A stretch of DNA of 64,000 nucleotides from positions 14,871 through 78,870 of the forward strand of contig CAYUOR010000003.1 in NCBI GenBank assembly GCA_964446535.1. Reading direction: 5' to 3'. Shown one piece after another: positions 60,044-64,000 of this stretch (its first letter is position 1; each line of letters opens with the position of its first letter). Source of the DNA: an uncultured Candidatus Saccharibacteria bacterium (GTDB lineage: Bacteria > Patescibacteriota > Minisyncoccia > Phycocordibacterales > Zambryskibacteraceae). The notes below the pieces were generated by a model that worked only from the letters and a program-made list of their open reading frames with translations, did no database searches and had not been told where the DNA came from. The translations under genes and the position numbers were made by a program.

Positions 60044-61252
60044 CTAAACCCCGGCAGAATTCGCAATATCGTATATGGGGATAAGTACGGAGGCGAGAAG
60101 CACACCTACACCAACGCCTAGAAGCACTATCATGACGGGCTCAATCAGGCTCACTAGAGTGTCAACAGCGTTTATAACCTCCCTCTGATAGAAGTGCGCC
60201 ATAGTGCCGAGAATTGAACCCATTTCTCCTGATTCCTCCCCTACCCGTATCATCTGAACAAGCATGCCGGGAATCTCTTCGTACTGGGAAAGAGACTGCG
60301 AAAAAGAGCTGCCACCGCGCACGGCTATGACGCTTTCCTCTAGGATTTTCCTATAAACTTCGTTGCCGACGACGGTTGAAGTGACTTCTATGGCGTTTGC
60401 CATGGGTATACCAGAGAGAATCATGGTGCTCATGTTGTCTGCTATAAGGGAGAGGTAGAGCTTTTTATATAGGTCTCCCACATAAGGCACTGTAAGTTTG
60501 AAGCGCGCCATGGCGGACTTGCCGTCGGGCGTCTTTATATAACGCAAAACGAGGAACCCGCCTATAACCAGGGCGGCCAGTAGCAGGAAGCCGTAATTTA
60601 GGAAAAAGTTTGAGACAGCAAACACTATTTGAGTATAGAGCGGTATGGCCTGCCCCGACTCCACGATGATAAGACTTATCTTAGGAATAATAGCCGTAAA
60701 CATCAGGATCATGACCGCGATAAAAACCGTGATGACGAAAGCGGGATAGATCAGAGCATTTCTGGCTTTAGAAATAACTTCGTAATTTCGATCCAAATAG
60801 TCGGCAAGATGGTTAAAGGTGTCGTTAAGTTTACCGGTCTCCTCTCCGGATCGAACCATGTTGACATAAAAGTCGGAGAAAATTTTCGGGTGCTTAGAAA
60901 GAGCTTTGGAAATGGGGCTTCCCGCCTGAATGTCGTCTGCAATCTGGGTCAAACTTTTTCTTAAAACGAGATTCTCCATCTCGCTTGAAAGCAGGGTAAA
61001 AATTTTCAGAGCCGAAACTTGGGCTTCAAAGAGGGTTGCCATCTGGCGAGAAAGGATGACGACATCTCTGTGCGAGACGCCAGAGCCGAAGTGGAGAGTC
61101 GCAAGCCAAGATTCTTTCTCTGCCGACTCGATATCGACAATCATTAAATTTCTCTTCTGGAGAGAACTAACGGCCACGTCGAGAGAGACCGCTTCTATTT
61201 CGCCGCTGGTTTCTTTTCCGGAATTTTCGAGGGCTTTATATTTAAAAAGCAT
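60044..61252 (-). CDS. pilC: Type IV pilus platform protein PilC (GspF family)
   Basis: 402 aa with duplicated GspF domains and 3 TM segments. Confidence 0.9.
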   Translation of the reverse strand: MLFKYKALENSGKETSGEIEAVSLDVAVSSLQKRNLMIVDIESAEKESWLATLHFGSGVSHRDVVILSRQMATLFEAQVSALKIFTLLSSEMENLVLRKSLTQIADDIQAGSPISKALSKHPKIFSDFYVNMVRSGEETGKLNDTFNHLADYLDRNYEVISKARNALIYPAFVITVFIAVMILMFTAIIPKISLIIVESGQAIPLYTQIVFAVSNFFLNYGFLLLAALVIGGFLVLRYIKTPDGKSAMARFKLTVPYVGDLYKKLYLSLIADNMSTMILSGIPMANAIEVTSTVVGNEVYRKILEESVIAVRGGSSFSQSLSQYEEIPGMLVQMIRVGEESGEMGSILGTMAHFYQREVINAVDTLVSLIEPVMIVLLGVGVGVLLASVLIPIYDIANSAGV

Positions 61253-61256
61253 TGTC

Positions 61257-62324
61257 TTAAATCATGCGTTCCAAGGCCTTTCTGTTGGTGGCAAACTGCA
61301 TGGCGTTATCAACCGTTACTTCGCCAGAACGCACAAGCTCGGCGAGAGAACGGTTGAGATTTATCATCCCCTCTTCGGAACTGGTTTCTATAACCGAGTT
61401 GATTTCGTGCGTCCTTTTTTCTCGGATAAGGTTTGCCACGGCGTTGTTGTTGATCAGGAGCTCAAAAGCGGGAATAAGCCCGCCGGAAATTCTCGGCAAT
61501 AGCCGCTGAGAAAAGATACCGAGAAGCGAACTTGCAAGCTGCAGTCTAATCTGCGTTTGCTGGTCCGACGGGAACGAGTCGATGATGCGGTCAACGGTCT
61601 GTCCGGCGGCATTGGTGTGGAGAGTTGAGAGGACGAGGTGCCCGGTCTCGGCCGCGGTGACTGCGGTTGATATGGTTTCGAGGTCACGCATTTCTCCGAT
61701 CATAAGTATGTCGGCATCCTGGCGAAAAACACCTTGAAGCGCAGTGCGGAAGTCTGGCGTATCTATCTTTACCTCGCGCTGATTGATGATGGACTTTTTC
61801 GGCTCAAAAATGTATTCGATCGGATCTTCAATAGTGACAATGTGCTCCAGGCGCTCCTGGTTTATCGTTTCTATCATCGTGGCAAGCGTTGTAGACTTGC
61901 CGACGCCGACCGGTCCAACGACGAGGAAAAAGCCCTGCTGACGCTTGGCGAAGTTCTCAAGTATCGGTGGTAGGCGCAATTCTTCAAAAGTTTTAATGCG
62001 TGAAGGGATAAGACGCATCGCGATACTGATTTTCCCGAGAGAGAGATAGGCGTTGCAGCGAAAGCGTTTTGAATCGGCGTGGGTGTAGGCGAAGTTTGTT
62101 TCCTTATTTTTTTCAAATTCTTCTTTGTTTCGTTCTGAAAATAGAAGGTGAATAAACCCTTCGAGATCATCGCGCTTCAGGGGTGCCATCTTCGCCAGAG
62201 GTAGAAGGAAGTTTGATACACGGATAGTCGGGAGCTTGCCCTCGGAGAGATGCAGATCCGAAGCGTCTTCTTTAACAACAATGTCTATAAGTTCGCTTAA
62301 AAGTTTATCGTGGGTGCCTGTCAT
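61257..62324 (-). CDS. pilT: Type IV pilus retraction ATPase PilT
   Basis: Walker A GPVGVGKST, and AVANLIREKRTHEI (an AIRNLIRE-like PilT signature), 355 aa. Confidence 0.9.
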   Translation of the reverse strand: MTGTHDKLLSELIDIVVKEDASDLHLSEGKLPTIRVSNFLLPLAKMAPLKRDDLEGFIHLLFSERNKEEFEKNKETNFAYTHADSKRFRCNAYLSLGKISIAMRLIPSRIKTFEELRLPPILENFAKRQQGFFLVVGPVGVGKSTTLATMIETINQERLEHIVTIEDPIEYIFEPKKSIINQREVKIDTPDFRTALQGVFRQDADILMIGEMRDLETISTAVTAAETGHLVLSTLHTNAAGQTVDRIIDSFPSDQQTQIRLQLASSLLGIFSQRLLPRISGGLIPAFELLINNNAVANLIREKRTHEINSVIETSSEEGMINLNRSLAELVRSGEVTVDNAMQFATNRKALERMI

Positions 62325-62330
62325 TTTGTT

Positions 62331-62711
62331 TTAAATTTTTGCAATCTTTTTTATCTCGTCGACGACCTCGGTCGGAACACTTGTCGCCTTGACGATATAG
62401 CCTTTAATGCCGAGAGCTTTCGCCTTGTCTATCATCTCGCGGTTGTTTTCGTTCGTGAGCATGACGACCGTTGAGTCGGGTGCGAGCTTCTCTTTCCTGA
62501 TAACTCCGAGAAGTTCCACTCCGTCCATACCCGGCATGATGATGTCGAGGACGAGGACATCGGGCGTTGCTCCTCCGCGAAGCTTATTGAGTGCTTCCTC
62601 GGGTCCGAGAGCTATTTCGACTGTGGCGCCGTCGGACTCGAACTTTTTCTTATACATATCTAGGAGAAACTTGTCGTCATCTACCAGAAAAATTTTGTAA
62701 TTTTTACTCAT
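62331..62711 (-). CDS. CheY-like single-domain response regulator (receiver only)
   Basis: DDD...K receiver pattern (LVDDD, DVLVLDIIMPGMDG, KAT), 126 aa. Confidence 0.85.
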   Translation of the reverse strand: MSKNYKIFLVDDDKFLLDMYKKKFESDGATVEIALGPEEALNKLRGGATPDVLVLDIIMPGMDGVELLGVIRKEKLAPDSTVVMLTNENNREMIDKAKALGIKGYIVKATSVPTEVVDEIKKIAKI

Positions 62712-62718
62712 AGCTTTA

Positions 62719-64000
62719 TTATAGCGTATTTACTTCTTCAAATGGGATAACCCGTGCGAAGGCCTTGAGGATGGCATCTTCCTTCATAGAGACAAGACCC
62801 TTAGCGCGGATAACTTTGTAGAGCTCAATTTCGGAAGGGTCCTTGAGAATAACCGACTCTATATCCTTATCCATCTCAAAGACTTCCATAACGGCAACAC
62901 GCCCAGAGGTGCCGTTAAGGCAGTCGGGGGTGGGCATAATTTCGTAAACTTCGTTGCCGAATTTGAGCTGGCGTTTGTACTCCACGGGCAGGTCGTTGAA
63001 TTGTTTATCTATCATCATCTTGAGCGAGCCCTCTATCGGTTTCGGCTTGCCGCCGCCGGGACAGAGTTTCCTTACTAGGCGCTGAGCCATGGTGAGAACC
63101 AGGGTCGGCGCGATGAGATAGGGGTCAACACCCATGTCGATAAGACGCGGAATGGCACCCACGGCGTTATTGGTGTGCAACGTCGAGAAAACCAGGTGGC
63201 CGGTAAGAGCGGCCTGAATAGCAAGTTGCGCCGTCTCCTTGTCTCGAATCTCACCAACCATGATAACGTCAGGGTCCTGGCGCAGGGTCGTCCTTAGACC
63301 TGTGGCAAAGGTGTAGTCGATTTCCGGGTGAATCTGAGACTGTGAGACGCCGTCTATGGAATACTCAACAGGGTCTTCGAGCGAGAGGACGTTCTGGTGG
63401 TCCTTGTCCACTTCGTTTAGCATCGCGTAGAGCGTCGTTGACTTACCAGAGCCCGTAGGACCGGTGATAAGAACCAATCCGTAGGGGCGCTCCAGCGCTC
63501 TTCGAATGGTGGTAAGGTTTTTCTGCGAGAGTTCCAGGTCGTCGAGAGTTTTAACACCCTGAGACTGGTCAAGAATACGCATAACCACCTTCTCGCCGTA
63601 GTAAGTCGGAAAAGTTGAGACGCGGAAGTCAACCTTCCTCGACTCAATCGTCGCCGAGAAACGACCGTCTTGCGGTTTGCGCTTCTCGTCGAGACGCATG
63701 TTGGAGACAATTTTAATTCTTGCCACGACCGCCGAGTGAACTTTCAGGGGCAGGAGGAGAGAGGTGTTGAGTTCTCCGTCAACACGAAAACGAACACGGA
63801 CGTTGTCGCGCGTCGGCTCGATGTGAACGTCGGAGGCCTTGCCTTCGGAGGCGTAGTTTAAGATATTGGCAACAATTTTTGTAACAGGAGCGTCTTCGAC
63901 AATCTTGGTATCTATGGGTTCATCCTCTTTATCTTTTTCAAAAGTGACATCCTTCGGCGCTTTGGCGGCAAGTTCGGACTCGAGCTCCGAGAGAGCTTTT
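62719..64000 (-). CDS. pilB: Type IV pilus assembly ATPase PilB/GspE (5' end beyond window)
   Basis: Walker A GPTGSGKSTT. The N2-domain pattern STFPTYYGEKVVMRIL is present. The reading frame continues upstream of the track start (..SAVVARIKIV..) to the window edge with GspE N-terminal-like sequence. Confidence 0.9.
   Translation of the reverse strand, partial: KALSELESELAAKAPKDVTFEKDKEDEPIDTKIVEDAPVTKIVANILNYASEGKASDVHIEPTRDNVRVRFRVDGELNTSLLLPLKVHSAVVARIKIVSNMRLDEKRKPQDGRFSATIESRKVDFRVSTFPTYYGEKVVMRILDQSQGVKTLDDLELSQKNLTTIRRALERPYGLVLITGPTGSGKSTTLYAMLNEVDKDHQNVLSLEDPVEYSIDGVSQSQIHPEIDYTFATGLRTTLRQDPDVIMVGEIRDKETAQLAIQAALTGHLVFSTLHTNNAVGAIPRLIDMGVDPYLIAPTLVLTMAQRLVRKLCPGGGKPKPIEGSLKMMIDKQFNDLPVEYKRQLKFGNEVYEIMPTPDCLNGTSGRVAVMEVFEMDKDIESVILKDPSEIELYKVIRAKGLVSMKEDAILKAFARVIPFEEVNTL

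Noticed and set aside
62719-63726. PilB annotated as a complete 335-aa gene starting at 63726
   Set aside because: The frame stays open upstream (..SAVVARIKIV..) to the window end with GspE N-terminal-like sequence. The real gene is longer and partial in this window.

Overview
This 64 kb window is a gene-dense, low-GC (about 43-45 %) bacterial chromosome segment that uses the standard genetic code. Long intact ORFs and a release factor 2 gene argue against a UGA-recoded lineage. Minimised housekeeping proteins, fused genes and many type IV pilin genes are most consistent with a small-genome, possibly Patescibacteria/CPR-like organism; this is an inference.

Left flank: uvrA (partial) and uvrB, tgt, mreB, a fused def-fmt gene, hpf, an M15 peptidase, a GIY-YIG gene abutting tRNA-Asn, and mscL.

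Middle: several higher-GC single-gene islands, envelope redox genes (DipZ-like, thioredoxin, DsbA), bipA, and a minimal HisRS-like gene overlapping a DEDDh exonuclease gene. A first type IV pilus-like operon (23.1-30.6 kb) has a short PilB-like ATPase, PilC, and pilin-like proteins carrying VWA and beta-propeller domains.

One unbroken minus-strand run holds tRNA-Thr, prfB, rpsP, a KH-protein gene, trmD, rpoB, rpoC, dnaG and rpoD. A tRNA cluster (Thr, Thr, Asp, Met on minus; an fMet-like tRNA on plus) flanks an ECF sigma/anti-sigma pair.

Right flank: gatA-gatC-ligA lies directly downstream of a second, complete type IV pilus operon: pilB, a cheY-like receiver, pilT, pilC, two tandem pilins, pilD and four minor pilins.

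No CRISPR array, rRNA, transposase or integrase was seen. Several intergenic regions carry strong hairpins, terminators and near-consensus promoters.
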